This document shows, piece after piece, positions 37,221 through 49,339 of a stretch of 64,000 nt of DNA. Origin of the DNA: Raillietiella orientalis (lineage: Eukaryota). Each line of letters opens with the position of its first letter. Position 1 is the first letter of the stretch. The DNA lies in assembly GCA_036172245.1 (NCBI GenBank), contig JAYWIR010000081.1:1-64000 (forward strand), given 5' to 3'. Below the pieces are notes generated by a model that saw only the letters and a program-made list of their open reading frames with translations, searched no databases and was not told the origin of the DNA. The translations under genes and the position numbers were made by a program.

Positions 37221-37480
37221 TATGGAGTATGGTGGTGGGTTGTTTGTTTTAATGTTTTTATCAGAATACGGATTCATTATTTATTGAAGATTAGCTACGA
37301 GATCAATGTGCGTTGGGGGTTATATAGTGGGAGTTGAGAGTTTGCTTGCAATGTATGTGATTATATGATTGCGAGAGGTGTTGCCTCGTTATCGTTATGA
37401 TAAGTTAATATATACGTGTTGAAGTATTTTGCTGTATTGTGTGTCTTATTAATTATTCGTAGTAATGATGAGAATAGGTA
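37221..37480 (+). pseudogene. nad1: NUMT: nad1 3' part
   Basis: Invertebrate mitochondrial code: EYGGGLFVLMFLSEYG...WLREVLPRYRYDKLM. Confidence 0.9.
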
Positions 37481-37498
37481 GTTAGTATGACGCGATAG

Positions 37499-37552
37499 CA
37501 AGAATTAGTTTATGAGAACATTAATTTTGGGTATTGAGGGATTGTTTCTTGA
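37499..37552 (+). tRNA. trnP: NUMT: mitochondrial tRNA-Pro (TGG), T-arm apparently replaced by a short loop
   Basis: caagaat..gtttatgagaac..ttaat tttgggt attga..tttcttg. Confidence 0.6.
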
Positions 37553-37568
37553 TGGTATATTTGAGAAT

Positions 37569-37623
37569 GCCTTCAATTTCTTTTCGATTTACAAAACCAA
37601 TGTTTGGATGAAACTGAGAAGGC
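37569..37623 (-). tRNA. trnT: NUMT: mitochondrial tRNA-Thr (TGT), T-armless
   Basis: Minus strand reads gccttctcagtttcatccaaacattggttttgtaaatcgaaaagaaattgaaggc. Confidence 0.6.
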
Positions 37624-37639
37624 TGGATTTCAAAAGGGA

Positions 37640-38650
37640 ATGTAATGAAGAATGAAAAATAAATCAGTGATGTAATTTGTCTGAGAGATAGTACTGATGA
37701 GGTGATGGTTTGAGTTCCCAATTCATGTAAAATGATGGTAGCAAAAGTGAGAGGAGAATTTTTTTTCTCGGGTGGTAATGGGGATTTCTGAGGATTAATG
37801 CAATCACTCCAACTAATTTTTCAGGGATTGTTCGTAGGATGGCATAAGCAGATAGGAAGTATCATTCGGGTTGAATGTGTGAGGGAGTTGTCAGGGGGTT
37901 GGAAAGTATGCCATTTTCTTCAGATAAGAATATGTAAGGGAAAAAGGTGGATGTAAGAAGGAGGAGTGTGGTGAGTGGTAGAAGGCTTGTTAAATGTTCA
38001 ATGTTGAAGAATGGTCGGAAGGGTGGTATATCTGAGTTTCTTTTGGTTCCTAGAGGGTTTGAGGATAAGTTTTTGTGGAGGAAACATAGGTGTGATAGAG
38101 AGACGATCCCTCTAATGAAAGGCAGGATGGAGTGTAGGGAAAAGAATCGTGTGGGTTGGATACGAAGTAATTTCCTCCTAAAAATGAAATGATGGGTTGT
38201 CCGATGAGGGAGATGGCGGAAAACAGGTTGGTGATGACCGTAGCGGCTCAAAAAGATATTTGTGCTTCCTTAAGGAAGGACATAACCTGGGAATGATGTC
38301 ATTATTAGTAAGATGAGGAGTAGTAATCCTAATATTCATGTTATAGTGTTTTTATAGGAAAAGAAGTATAATGTGCGGAAAGTGTGTGGGCAGATTGCTA
38401 TGAAGAAGAAGGAGGCGGTGTTGGCGTGGAAGTATCGTACGAATCATCCGTTATTGGTGTTGTGCATTCTGTTGATGACTGATGAAAAGGCTTCTGAGGT
38501 ATGGGGGGTGTAATGTATGGAGATGCTAATGCCTCCAAGTAGTTGGGTAATTAGGAAGATTCCATTAAAGATTCCATTCCATTTGTCATTAAAGAAGGTA
38601 GCGGAGGGGTGTTTTTCTCTGTAAAATTTTGTATGGGATAATGATGCATG
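37640..38650 (-). pseudogene. cob: NUMT: cytochrome b
   Basis: HYTPHTSEAFSS, GWFVRYFHANTASFFF, FFSLHSILPF, SSNPLG, NPLTTPSHIQPE, QITSLIYFSFF, with frameshifts. Confidence 0.95.
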
Positions 38651-38927
38651 TTAGTATTAGGAAGGATATGAGGAATCAGGTTACCGGGATGTTGAACAAT
38701 GATAGTATGATTTTTGATGAGTAGGATGAAGAGGGGTAGGTGGGCTGAGGTGAATTGGGTAAGAGGAGTAATAGGGGGGTGAAGATAAATGGGGTTTTGT
38801 TGAATGTGCATAATTCGTTGTATGTTGGAGATGCTATGTAAGGGAAGATGATTAGGATTCCTCCGACGTAGACGAGCAATGTGATGATGCCATATCACGA
38901 GGTTACGGAGAGGAGGCTGATGGTGAT
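38650..38927 (-). pseudogene. nad6: NUMT: nad6 with 5' part missing
   Basis: SWYGIITLLVYVGGILIIFPYIAS. Confidence 0.8.
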
Positions 38928-40160
38928 TTGATGTTTCTATTATTCATGGTGATGGGTGTGGGGTTTGGTTGGGGAACGGTGGGTTCGAGAGTTGTGTTTT
39001 TCTGGGTTATGGGATGTTTATGTAAGGAACAATATTTGGGTGGGAGTGGTATGGTTGATGGGGTGAGATTTTGTTTATTATTGATTAGGATGGTGTTTTT
39101 CTTTTCGTGATGCAGTGTAGTGCAGGAGTTAATAGGAGAGTGCTACTGTGAGTAGTGAGATTGATTTTGGGTATATTAGTGATTTATAGGTTTATGAGAG
39201 TTAATTTTTTTATATTTTATGTATTTTTTGAGGGTAGGATGATTCCTATAGTGCTGATTGTTCTTTGGTGGGGGTATCAGAGGGAGCGATTTGGAGCTAA
39301 CGTTTCTACATTTATTTATACGGTTTTTATGTCTTTGTGGTTTTCAATTGGTGCTATTAATTTCCTGGAGGATGGGTTGTCTGTTAGAATGGTGGATGAG
39401 AGGATGGGAGTGGAAGGTTCAGTGCTCGTAGGAGTTTTTTTTGTAAAGTTGTCGGTTTACGGAGTTCATTTATGGCTTCCAAAAGCTCATGTGGAGTCTA
39501 TTTCTTATGGTTCTATAATTCTTGCTGGGGTTTTGTTAAAGTTAGTTAGGTATGGAATGGTGCGGTTGTTTGTGAAGGATAATTATGGACTTGTAAGGTT
39601 ATGACTAGTAGGGGTGAGTATGGTAGGTGGAGTGGTGGGGGGATTGATGTGTTTTCGATAGGTAGATTATAAGGTAATTATGGCTTATTCGTCAATTTGT
39701 CATATAAGGGTTATTGTAGGGGGGAGATTAACTGGGTAAGATGGGGTTGATAGGATGTGTTTTGATGATGGTGGCCCACAATTTATTTTTCATTAGTGGT
39801 TTAATGTTTGAATTATTGGAGAGATGGTCGATGTATTAGTGGAGTGGGATAAGATTAATCTGTAGTAGGATGGGGGGATGAATTATGATTTAGTGTTTTT
39901 TAAATATGTCGTGTCCTTTAGGATTGGGGTTGTTAGGTAAAATTATAGTACATATGGGAATAGTAAATGTGGCAGTGTATATGGTATGATACTTTGGTAT
40001 TGTTGCTATAGTTGGGGGGGGGGGGTTATAGAACATATATAGGAAGAATGGAAGAATGCAGATCTTGTGTTGACGATGAAAGATTTTTATGTTGTTGTAA
40101 TGTGTGTAGTAGTAATGTTGTAATGTGTGGGTAGTTAAGATGATGATACTTTTGTATTGA
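38928..40160 (+). pseudogene. nad4: NUMT: nad4
   Basis: FYVFFE..IP..WGYQRER, VKLSVYGVHLWLPKAHVE..GSIILAGVLLKL, DYKVIMAYSS, with internal stops. Confidence 0.95.
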
Positions 40161-40162
40161 TG

Positions 40163-40220
40163 TCAAGCTAGTTTAATGAGAATAACGATTTGTGGTTTCG
40201 TAGGTAGTTATTGGCTTTGA
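40163..40220 (+). tRNA. trnH: NUMT: mitochondrial tRNA-His (GTG)
   Basis: gctagtttaatgagaataacgatttgtggtttcgt, lying between nad4 and nad5. Confidence 0.65.
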
Positions 40221-40221
40221 A

Positions 40222-40420
40222 TTATATAGTGGTGTTGGTTAGGATGATGGCTGTAAATGCAGGTTTGTGATTTGTCTGTTGAAGTAGGGTGGTGTTAATA
40301 GAATGATCATTGATAAGGCTGGAAGGAATAGAATGAGGTTTGTTGTTTGTGTTGGATGAAAAGTGTTCATTGTTTATAAGGTATGTGATGGTTATTTCTT
40401 TTTTGGTTATGATTCAATAG
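40222..40420 (+). pseudogene. nad5: NUMT: nad5 5' fragment
   Basis: Position after trnH, plus VLMEWSLM...FVLDEKCSLF resembling the nad5 N-terminus. Confidence 0.6.
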
Positions 40421-40424
40421 GAGC

Positions 40425-40510
40425 CACATCCTGCTGCAGCTTGGAGGAGAATCCCATAATTCCAAGACCGACGCTCCTTTCTCCTCAAGAGGGATAAGCC
40501 GCGTTTGCAT
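40425..40510 (-). pseudogene. nrdA: Ribonucleotide reductase alpha subunit fragment
   Basis: ANAAYPS*GERSVGLGIMGF versus AYSA.RERSVGLG.MGF. Confidence 0.75.
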
Positions 40511-40713
40511 GTTCTTCAGGTGGATTTTTTATAACATCTCGCATCACATCCAACAAGCGCATGTCTCAACAGTTTCAATGGGGCATCAGCAGCTTGCAGC
40601 AGAGCATCTAATGGAAGCATTTCGAAAATCTGGAGATGCTGTTGCATTGCAGTTGCTCTCTTTTCTGCATCTACAGAACTTATTCAGTCCAAAATCAGTG
40701 AAGCTCTGGATAA

Positions 40714-40990
<277 letters not shown>

Positions 40991-41629
40991 CTTTAAGCTT
41001 GCAGACTAAATGAATACTGCAAAGCAAAATTTAACTATACCAGCAAATTGCCACATGAGCAGGCAAAGAGCCATTTTATTTTAATGCAATTTTGACTAAT
41101 ATGTGGGTCATCTAATGAAACGTCAGCCAACTTAATCAATGTCTTTGTGAATTTTGTTCCCATATAACAGTCAGTATGGAATGATAAACAGCAATTCCAA
41201 AAACCTCAACCATACGCTAACATACACAATGTGATTAGAGGTACATATCAATTGTCATGACATTATTAAGCTATTTGAAAGAAATGATCTTGGTCTTCAG
41301 AAACATAATAGTAAGAGAGATTTTATACATTCGATAAGGTCATCATCGCAATATTTGTCAGAGTAAAGCTGAGAGGTCTGCAGGAAAGTCGGAAGGTATG
41401 TTCCATGGCAAAGAGCAGTGTCGAGGTGTTATTAAGCATCATCCACATATGGAAAAGGGCAAGGTTCAGGTTCAATTTGCTAAAAGCACAATCTGCATCC
41501 TGTGGAAAAAATCAAGGGAAGGGGCGTTAGTAGCTCGAATAGTTGCTATAAAAATGTTCTGTTTGACGTTTTTGTCTTTCCAATGTGAAGCAGAAAGTAT
41601 TTGCTTTCTTTCTGGCCTTTACTTTACAG

Positions 41630-41880
41630 AATATCAAGCTTGCATAATTGCTTCACAAGTCTAATATGAAACCCCGGAGAATCTGTTGCGATGATCATAT
41701 CGGGCTTCGATTCTAATATGAAGTGCACGGTTTGCTGCAGCCTCTTCAGTATAGTAGAAATCCTTGGGATTGCTTCTAAAAATCCAATAACTGAAAGCTC
41801 ATGCATAGAGAACAAGCTTTTCGTTCCAGGTTCTTCCATTTCAAATCCGCCTATACCACAGAACTCTATTGGTATGTCTT
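41630..41880 (-). pseudogene. lpxB: Lipid-A-disaccharide synthase fragment
   Basis: GIGGFEM..SLFSMHELSVIGFLEAIPRI...KPDMIIATDSPGFHIRL. Confidence 0.9.
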
Positions 41881-42159
41881 AGTCTTCTGCTGCTTGGCAA
41901 GCTGACATACCAGAAGTATAACTAAGTCTGTTGGTCAATCTTTGCGGTCTTCTGCTGTAATATTAGCGGATTGGCCGCGTATAGCCATCATAAGCTTAGA
42001 GCCAGGCAAATCGCCTGCATTTTCGGTTTTTCAAGTCGCCTTCTTTGGTTAAGCCCCGCGGGTGCGACCTTTTCGTGCCCGCTTTTTCTTCACGTAGTCG
42101 TTTTTGGGCAGCGAGCGATCGCCAGTGGAATCGTGGGGTGTGGCAATGCTCTTTCACAC

Positions 42160-42360
42160 CAGCAAGATGCAAGGGAAATGGACTTAAAAGACCATCCAAA
42201 CACTTTGCATTTGTTAGCCTTAAAAAGTGGCCAATGCAGAGTTAAAGTCTCAACTCAAGACTTGATAGGAGCATGCTTAAGACTTGGGCCAGATAGAATA
42301 CTAGTTGGAGAATTAAGAGGTGCTGAAGCCTTTAGCTTCCGGCGTGCCATTAATACGGTA
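42160..42360 (+). pseudogene. virB11: Type IV secretion ATPase VirB11 fragment (rvhB11-like)
   Basis: HPNTLHLLALKSGQCRVKVSTQDLIGACLRLGPDRILVGELRGAEAFSF, resembling the Rickettsiales HPNRVHLLASKGGQGRAKVTTQDLIEACLRLRPDR. Confidence 0.9.
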
Positions 42361-42884
42361 CAATTTCTGAAATTTAGAATTTATAGACGACGACTGCAAA
42401 AATATCGCAGGCCAACTTGCAAAAACATAATTAATATATGAAATGGAGCGTCACTCTAGATGCAATAGTAGTAAGTGAATATGCTGATCGTAAAGTAATT
42501 AAGGGAGCACCTTTGCAGGGTGCATTTACTGCTGCTGCAACGCATATGTTTCGGCCGATCTTTACATCCACATTGCTGAAAATCATAGTATTTTCTCCTC
42601 TTCTATTTTGGCCTGCTGTTCTTTAGCAATTTACGCACCACTTGCCAATTACTGCTATTTTCATATTAGGCAACTCTGCTTTTTGCTCTCTTTTTCCAAA
42701 TTAATCTATTATTTGGAAAGAGCAATGCAATACATCAAGATGACGTAGCTGCGATGAAAGCATCAGAAGAAGGGGACTTTGAGAATTTAGACACATTCTC
42801 CAAGTTGTATACAAAGTGCCTATTGCATATCTTGGATCGTGCTAACGTTTCTGCATATGCTGTAATTGCTGGGAACATTGCAGT

Positions 42885-43053
<169 letters not shown>

Positions 43054-43489
43054 TGATTAGTTACTATACAGTGCATATTAAATATACATGAGCAAAGCAT
43101 GCAAACAACTGAGTGAATAACGTTCTGTTGTAAACTATGAACACCTGCACAATTCCTGAGTATATCCAAACACCAGACTGTCTAGAACACAATTGTCAGA
43201 CAATCTTCCACGCCTGGTAATAGAGGCCATCGAGCAGTTGTACAGAATGTCGCGAGCAATCTGAAAGGAAGGCCGTTGGGAAATCGTAGCTGGAAAGCTG
43301 CGTGCTCAGGGTTTAGAGCTAATCACGGGTTTCCAGAAAAACATGAAAGATTCAGACAGCCGCAGGGCAACTCAAGCAGATCTGCCACATACAGCACACA
43401 AGACCTAGATCAGCAACCAATTTCTTGGCAAACCTATTTGCTAAGGAATTAGTTCTAAAAAATCTTTCTATCGCAATGTTATCAATGCT

Positions 43490-43705
43490 TCTGCCAGAAA
43501 CTGCTGGAGTGAAAACCGTGCTCTTGACAACTGACACAGCAAGTGAAGATTCAGTTTCTAAGAGAAGAAGAACAATTGCGGAAAACAGAACGTACCTTAT
43601 GATGATAATAAAGGCACTAGCAAATATACAGATAGTAAATAGTACCTTGTCAATGCAAAATGTAGTCCCTCTGCACGAAGGAAGTATGAAATTCTATAAT
43701 GAAAA
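43490..43705 (+). pseudogene. TAXI-family TRAP solute-binding protein C-terminal fragment
   Basis: ETAGVKTVLLTT..SEDSV...VPLHEGSMKFYNE. Confidence 0.6.
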
Positions 43706-43799
43706 TCCATTGTATTGGAGCAGATAATTGAGCTCAGATCCGACAATACAACAATTCATGCAAAGTGCTGATTCTTCCTCTGTACATAAAAAGTTCCAC

Positions 43800-44100
43800 C
43801 TGGTAATTGCTCTAAAGATGGATGACATGAAGGTTTCAAGTAAAGTGACGTTGCGATGGGTCTTGTTGGCTGCAGCTTTTTGCTATGGCACATACCTTCA
43901 ACATGGGCAGAAGGATGCACTGCTGTTTCTTACAAGGTATGTCATAGAGCTTGCACAGCGTTCTGACAATGTATGTATTGTTATGTATGTAATGTATTCA
44001 TATTGTTATTCGAAATTTGCAAGACTAAGAAACAATTTCAACATAAGGTCTTGTTTATAGGAATCTTGAGCGCAATTGTAATGCGACTTTGGTTTGGGAT
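43800..44100 (+). pseudogene. TerC/Alx family membrane protein fragment
   Basis: ALLFLTRYVIELAQRSDNV and QHKVLFIGILSAIVMR. Confidence 0.75.
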
Positions 44101-44889
44101 ATTCTACTTTGGTAGGATTTCACGTCGGAAGATCAAAAAGATCCATAGCAAAAGACTGGAGAACCCACTTCCAGGAGCCTTGAAACGGCTAGAGAGGAAG
44201 GGGATGTGGTGACTTCCAGAGAAACTATTACCTTTCTGTTATTTACGTTTTTTACTGTGTCTCTCTACTTTGGAATGCGTCTGATTATGAAGAGTGCTAC
44301 AAAAATATTAGCTCCATACACGTGTAATATCTCAGCTGCTAAAGAGTAAAGGGCTGACGCGGGCAAGCGCTCAGAATATTCTTTGTGCGGTCAACCAGCA
44401 AGAAGGCTGCCTGACATTAAAAGGTAACATTGGAGAGAGAGAAATTTCTGCAGAGCACGTGAGAAGTATATTGATCTCAGTACTCTGAGGACACTTTACG
44501 TCATACTCTCAAGGGCAAAGCATGAAGCATTTCTTGTTACTGTTAGTGTCGAAAAATTAATTAAAGCTTTAGGCATCAAAACTGGTGCCAAGTATTCTGC
44601 ACTCGAGCATCAAAAGCCTTCTAATGTGACAGACTTAAAAGAGTTAGCAAGCACCAGAAGAGAACATTGGATGGAAAAGCAGGGTTCTGCCAACTTCTAC
44701 AGTATAGATCATGGGGGAGGAGAAAAGAATATAAGAATCCAGAATAAGCATAATTAAGTATGCAAGAACTTCATATGCAGTCCTGATTTAATTAGACAAG
44801 TATTGGTTTTGATCAAATTGGCAGAACCGATCTAATAAAACGCTTTCATCAAACCAAGGAGCGCTACCAAAGAAATTTTCAATGTCCGC

Positions 44890-45135
44890 ATCCATAATGC
44901 TCGCAACTGGACGACTGTTATAAAAGTTGGTGTTGATGTACAATCTGTATCTGTAATTGTGGTAGAGAACCCCGAGAGATTCGGGCTTGTGCAGCTTCAT
45001 CAATTAAGAGGTAGAGCTGGTAGAAATGATGTGCAGTGCTATTGCGTGCTGCTTTATGGAAATGCACTTTCTGAAGCTTCTCCTCAGCGTTTGAAAGTAA
45101 TAACAAATTGTGATGACGGTTTTAGGATTGCAAGT
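44890..45135 (+). pseudogene. recG: RecG helicase fragment
   Basis: VGVDV..VENPERFGLVQLHQLRGRAGR..CVLLY...RL...DGFRIA. Confidence 0.9.
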
Positions 45136-45730
45136 AAAAGTTTTACTGGTATGGTGACAGAATGTAATAGCTAGAGTGGCATAACACCTATTGTAATGCG
45201 AGAATCATAGTAGAACAACATGCGCAGTGATCTACAAGTTTAGCAGAATATGTAGAGTACAAGTTCAAAGAGTAGGAATTATAAAAACAAGATTTTCATG
45301 CAATAAACATGAATGTAAGAGGATTTTTCTTTGATATAATTAAGAATCGGTTTCAATCAAAGGATCTTAACACATATTAAATGTGTTATTACTTATACTA
45401 TGGCAGATATTCACATCTGCATGAAATACACCAAGCTGTTGATAGTTATTGTGCAAAGTAAAAGATTGCCTTCAAAATAGTGGCAATAGTTCGCTAAATT
45501 TTTGAACTAGAGTCAGCATGACATAATATAACGATACTATTGGTGTTTGAATCATATACGAAATAATAGTAAAAAAGATCTTAAATTTAAGGTTACTGCG
45601 GTTCTCGAGCCAAATGCCCAGATTGAAAAGATGCAATGTAAATTGGGATATTCTCCTTTATAACTTTGGGCTTTCACATTGCATTTTCTTAAGAATAATA
45701 AAGACAAAATAGCAATTGCAGCAATTTGAG

Positions 45731-46177
45731 CAGGGCACGCCTGTCTCACTGGACACTGGGGCACGGCATCGTGGAAAGGTGGAACGCTAGAAGAAGAGGC
45801 CAAAGACTCCATCCACTGAAAGACAATCTCTTTGGAGACGGCGACAAGTTGGCGTCTACCACCCAGCATCAAAGCAGAACTTGTCAGTATCCTGGGTAGG
45901 ATTCAGAGGACCGATCCAGGTTCCCAGTGATCCTCTCTCTGCCCTCCACTCCCCCATGTAACTGTTCCCCTCTTCGTTATCTCTCTTTTTGTTTCAGTTT
46001 TCCCTTCCCTTGAGCTTTGGTAGAGGACCTTCCCGGTCTCAGCACCGGCTCCCGACAAGTCCGCCAGTATGGGAGAACCAAGATTTCCTCCAAGAAAAAC
46101 AATATTTGTAGGCTTTCTTATCTAATTTTGTATAAATTAGAATAATAAATGCCCCGGCATATTCGGGTGATGAAACT
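45731..46177 (+). mobile_element. 3' fragment of an L1/Tx1-like LINE inserted in bacterial-derived DNA
   Basis: GC-rich island ending aataaatgccccggcatattcgggtgatgaaac. Candidate 7-bp TSD atttgag at 45724-45730 and 46178-46184. Confidence 0.6.
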
Positions 46178-46569
46178 ATTTGAGACTCAATGAGTTTGAA
46201 GTTCGAGAACTTCAATTCGAGATCTAGAATAATACGAGAGATTTATTGCTACTCAAATATCAATAAATTAGGAAAAACCTTACTTGTAAAGTATTTATCC
46301 TTGTCAGTTCAGAACCGGGGATAGTATGATATGAAAAGGCATAAATAGCTTAAAAAATGCATTTCCACAAATAAATAATCACAGCATCTGCGTGAGGATT
46401 TGATCCTACTGCTATTCTGTAAATGCAGAACAACATACTACATCTACTACGGTGGTCTCAGTTGGCAAATTGACACCTCAGAAACTGTATACTTCCTCTA
46501 ACCTACTTGAAATTCTTGATTCTCACGTAAATCATTAAATGAATTTGATATTATATCACTAAGAACTTC

Positions 46570-49335
46570 CTGGCATGGGAGGGGCAAGGGTTACTGGGTG
46601 CGCCGCTGCGGAGCGTGTGTAAACCGGCGGTGTATGCCGACGAGATCGCTTCCTGACTCCTCTGTCAAATGAGCCCATCTGGCGACCGCTGCCTTACAGG
46701 AGGATGCTTGATTCGTTGATTACTAGCGTCTGAAGGATTAAAACTATTGCGCGTATGCAACCGACGGTTGCAATCCTGGCACTTGTAGACAGCCCGCTCG
46801 GCGTGAAGAATCGTCGCAGCAAGTCTCTTGCGGTGTCCACGGGATGCGAGAGGACTGCTTCCAGCCTCCGCCAGGTACTCGCAGTCCTGTAGTAGGCGCA
46901 GGATCGACTCCGTCGTTTCGCACCGAACGCAGTTCGCAGACGCAAGCCCCTCGGAGTCACGATGCCAACGCTGGTTGCACTGGAAACCGCAGTGAATGAA
47001 GAACAGCACGGCTTGTTTCCAAGCAGCGAACTGTTCACAAAATGGGAAGAGACTACAAGTTCTTCGGGGTGACACCAAGTTCTTCTCCCCACCGAAGGAG
47101 TCCTCTTGCATTAGCACGAGGAGAAGCGGCGTCTGCAAGATCACTCATTTAGCAGGCAACCCGGAGTTTCGTTCTTCCTGCTATCATGCAGGAATCCTCA
47201 CAGCGCGCCGGTTGGCAACTGTCGTCCCTTGCCCTGATCCCTGAGGGACGTCAGCGGCTGTCTGAGAGGCAACTTAACTTTAAACACCTCACTAAAAAAA
47301 AGTAGGAAATGATCTGCATAGGCAGCCATGGCAGGCGTTCCCGGGCAAGAGCTAGGCAAGTATTCCAGCGTCAGCCTGTACGTTCTCAGCACCAATTCAA
47401 AGATGCTGAAGAGCAACTGGCTTAAACTGTCGCCCTGCCTGATGCACCTGCGTACGGGAATACCTTACACGTGGCAGCTGCTGAAAGAAATGCAGGTTGG
47501 CGCGTGGCGCCAGCAAGCGCATAAGTAATTTAAAAGTTGGGCCGGGACACCGAGGCATTCCAAAAGCTCCAAGAGGAGTCTTTGTTTTACGCAATCGAAC
47601 GCCTTGTGGAGGTCGACTGCGTCCGCCAAGGCACCCGACGTTCCCTCCTGCCGCTTCTGCCGATACCGTGTGCCTTTGTCAGCGGCCTTAGACATGGATC
47701 GTCTTTGCTGCGATACGCTCTCTCGCAGCTACATCCATGTGCGGGCAAACAGGAGGTTCACGTCCGTGGACCGCACGGAGTAAGTATGCTCGGGACTTAT
47801 CAAGGACTGCGCGACTCTTACTAGTCGCGCTACCCGCATCTTGGAGAATAATTTGACGTCCGAGTTCACTAAGGTGATCGGACGCCAGTGGTTCAGATGA
47901 CGTCGTCTCCACCATTCGGCAGGAGACGCACCCTCGCTGAGCGGAAGGAACTGGGGACATCCTCCGAAACCCTCATCAGCGATGAGAGGATAAGCACCAG
48001 GGGGACCAGCTCCGCCGCGAAGCAGTGATAAAATTCCGCAAACAGCCCATCCTCGCCTGGCGCTGTTCGTCTCTTGAGCTTCGCGATTGCAGAGGAAATT
48101 TCCTCCGCCGTGAAGGACTCGTCGAGACGTGAGCGTTCCTCTTCGCTAACAACGGGAACATCCTGGGAAAGTAGTATCTCCGAAAAGATATTTGTCGTAG
48201 GCGCTTCCGCGTATAACGAGATGTGATAACGCCTTACAATGCGGCGAATACCGGCTGGTGTCGAGCATTCCAGGCTTTGTTCGTCGAGAAAGCAAGATGC
48301 TCCAGACTGCCAGACCTGGCGCTTGCCCATAGCCGGCTGACATTCGTGCGTCTCGAAAAGGTGCGCGCCTGCAGAGAAGTCTTGCTGCTGGTGACACCTT
48401 CGCCGACCTGCCCAGCCAACGAATCGGCCCATCTCCTGCAGCAGGGCCAGGTCGAACTCACGCAGGGTGTTGGCCGTATCCCGCTTGTTGCCGTCGCCGC
48501 GCAGCCCGTTGACATTCCAACAAGCCACGCGGATCCGATGGCGACAGGCGAGCCCAGGTGCTAATCCTGGGAAATCGGCATTGCGGCGTCCGCCACCTGT
48601 TGGGGCTGGACGCTAGGAGGAGGAGGGAGGTGCTTCGGGCACCTTGTCTTCCTCCTCCATTGGTGCCGGTGTGTCCGGCGACTATGACGAGGGAGGTGTC
48701 GCGCCTACCTGTTCACCCTCCTCCATTGGGGCGGGCTGCTCGGGTTCGGCGTATGCAGGGAAGCCTTCGCTCCCTTGCTCACCCTCCTACGTGGAGGTCG
48801 TCTGCTTACCGGCTTCCGAGCGTGGGAGTTCCCCCTCCGGGTTTCCCACGCTTCCGTCGGCTTCCGGCTTCTCTTTCTCGCTCGTAGACGGGAGGCGCCT
48901 CCTAGGCTTTGGGGAATTTCGTCCCGCTTTCCGGGGTGGTGCCTTCGCGGAGGAAGATAAACTTCCCGCCCCCAGGTCGGACTCATCTGCGGGGCCTTCC
49001 TCGTTGTAGCCGGCTTCCGCATGGCCATGCGTGAAGGGTTCTCACGCTCGGCAAGTATTGCCGCGAGATCCTCCGCCGCCTTCTCGAAAGCGGCGTCCTC
49101 GTTTGCGGCGGTCGCGTCGCGCGGCCCACGGTCTGTTGAAACAGATGGTTCGCCTTCGCGAACCTCAGGCGCGGCGCAAACGGCGAGAGGAGGATCTTCG
49201 CTCCGGGTGGCAGCTTTGGGAATGGCGACGCGCTCCAGTGCTACCGAGCACTCACGGAGGGTTCCGGCACGCGGCTTCTTTTTTTTTGAATCGCGACAGG
49301 CGCGACTTTTCTCCTTTTCCCCCCAGGCAGGTCGG
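46570..49335 (-). mobile_element. Internally deleted APE-type L1/Tx1-like LINE, including ORF1-like region, endonuclease and RT
   Basis: ACWNVNGLRG..LLQE (APE N-terminus), FTAEEISSAI..TAPGEDGLFAEFY, VDLHKAFDCV, AYADH, CVRCETTESILRLLQDC. Confidence 0.85.
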
Positions 49336-49339
49336 CGAT

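Noticed and set aside
37624..37645. Mitochondrial trnS2
   Set aside because: Only an anticodon-like arm (ttttgaaa on the minus strand) is visible, and it overlaps the cob end.
43440..43500. IS3-family transposase scrap (GRSIDNIAIERFFRT; also VINTD near 27230)
   Set aside because: Too short to support, and it abuts the TAXI fragment on the other strand.
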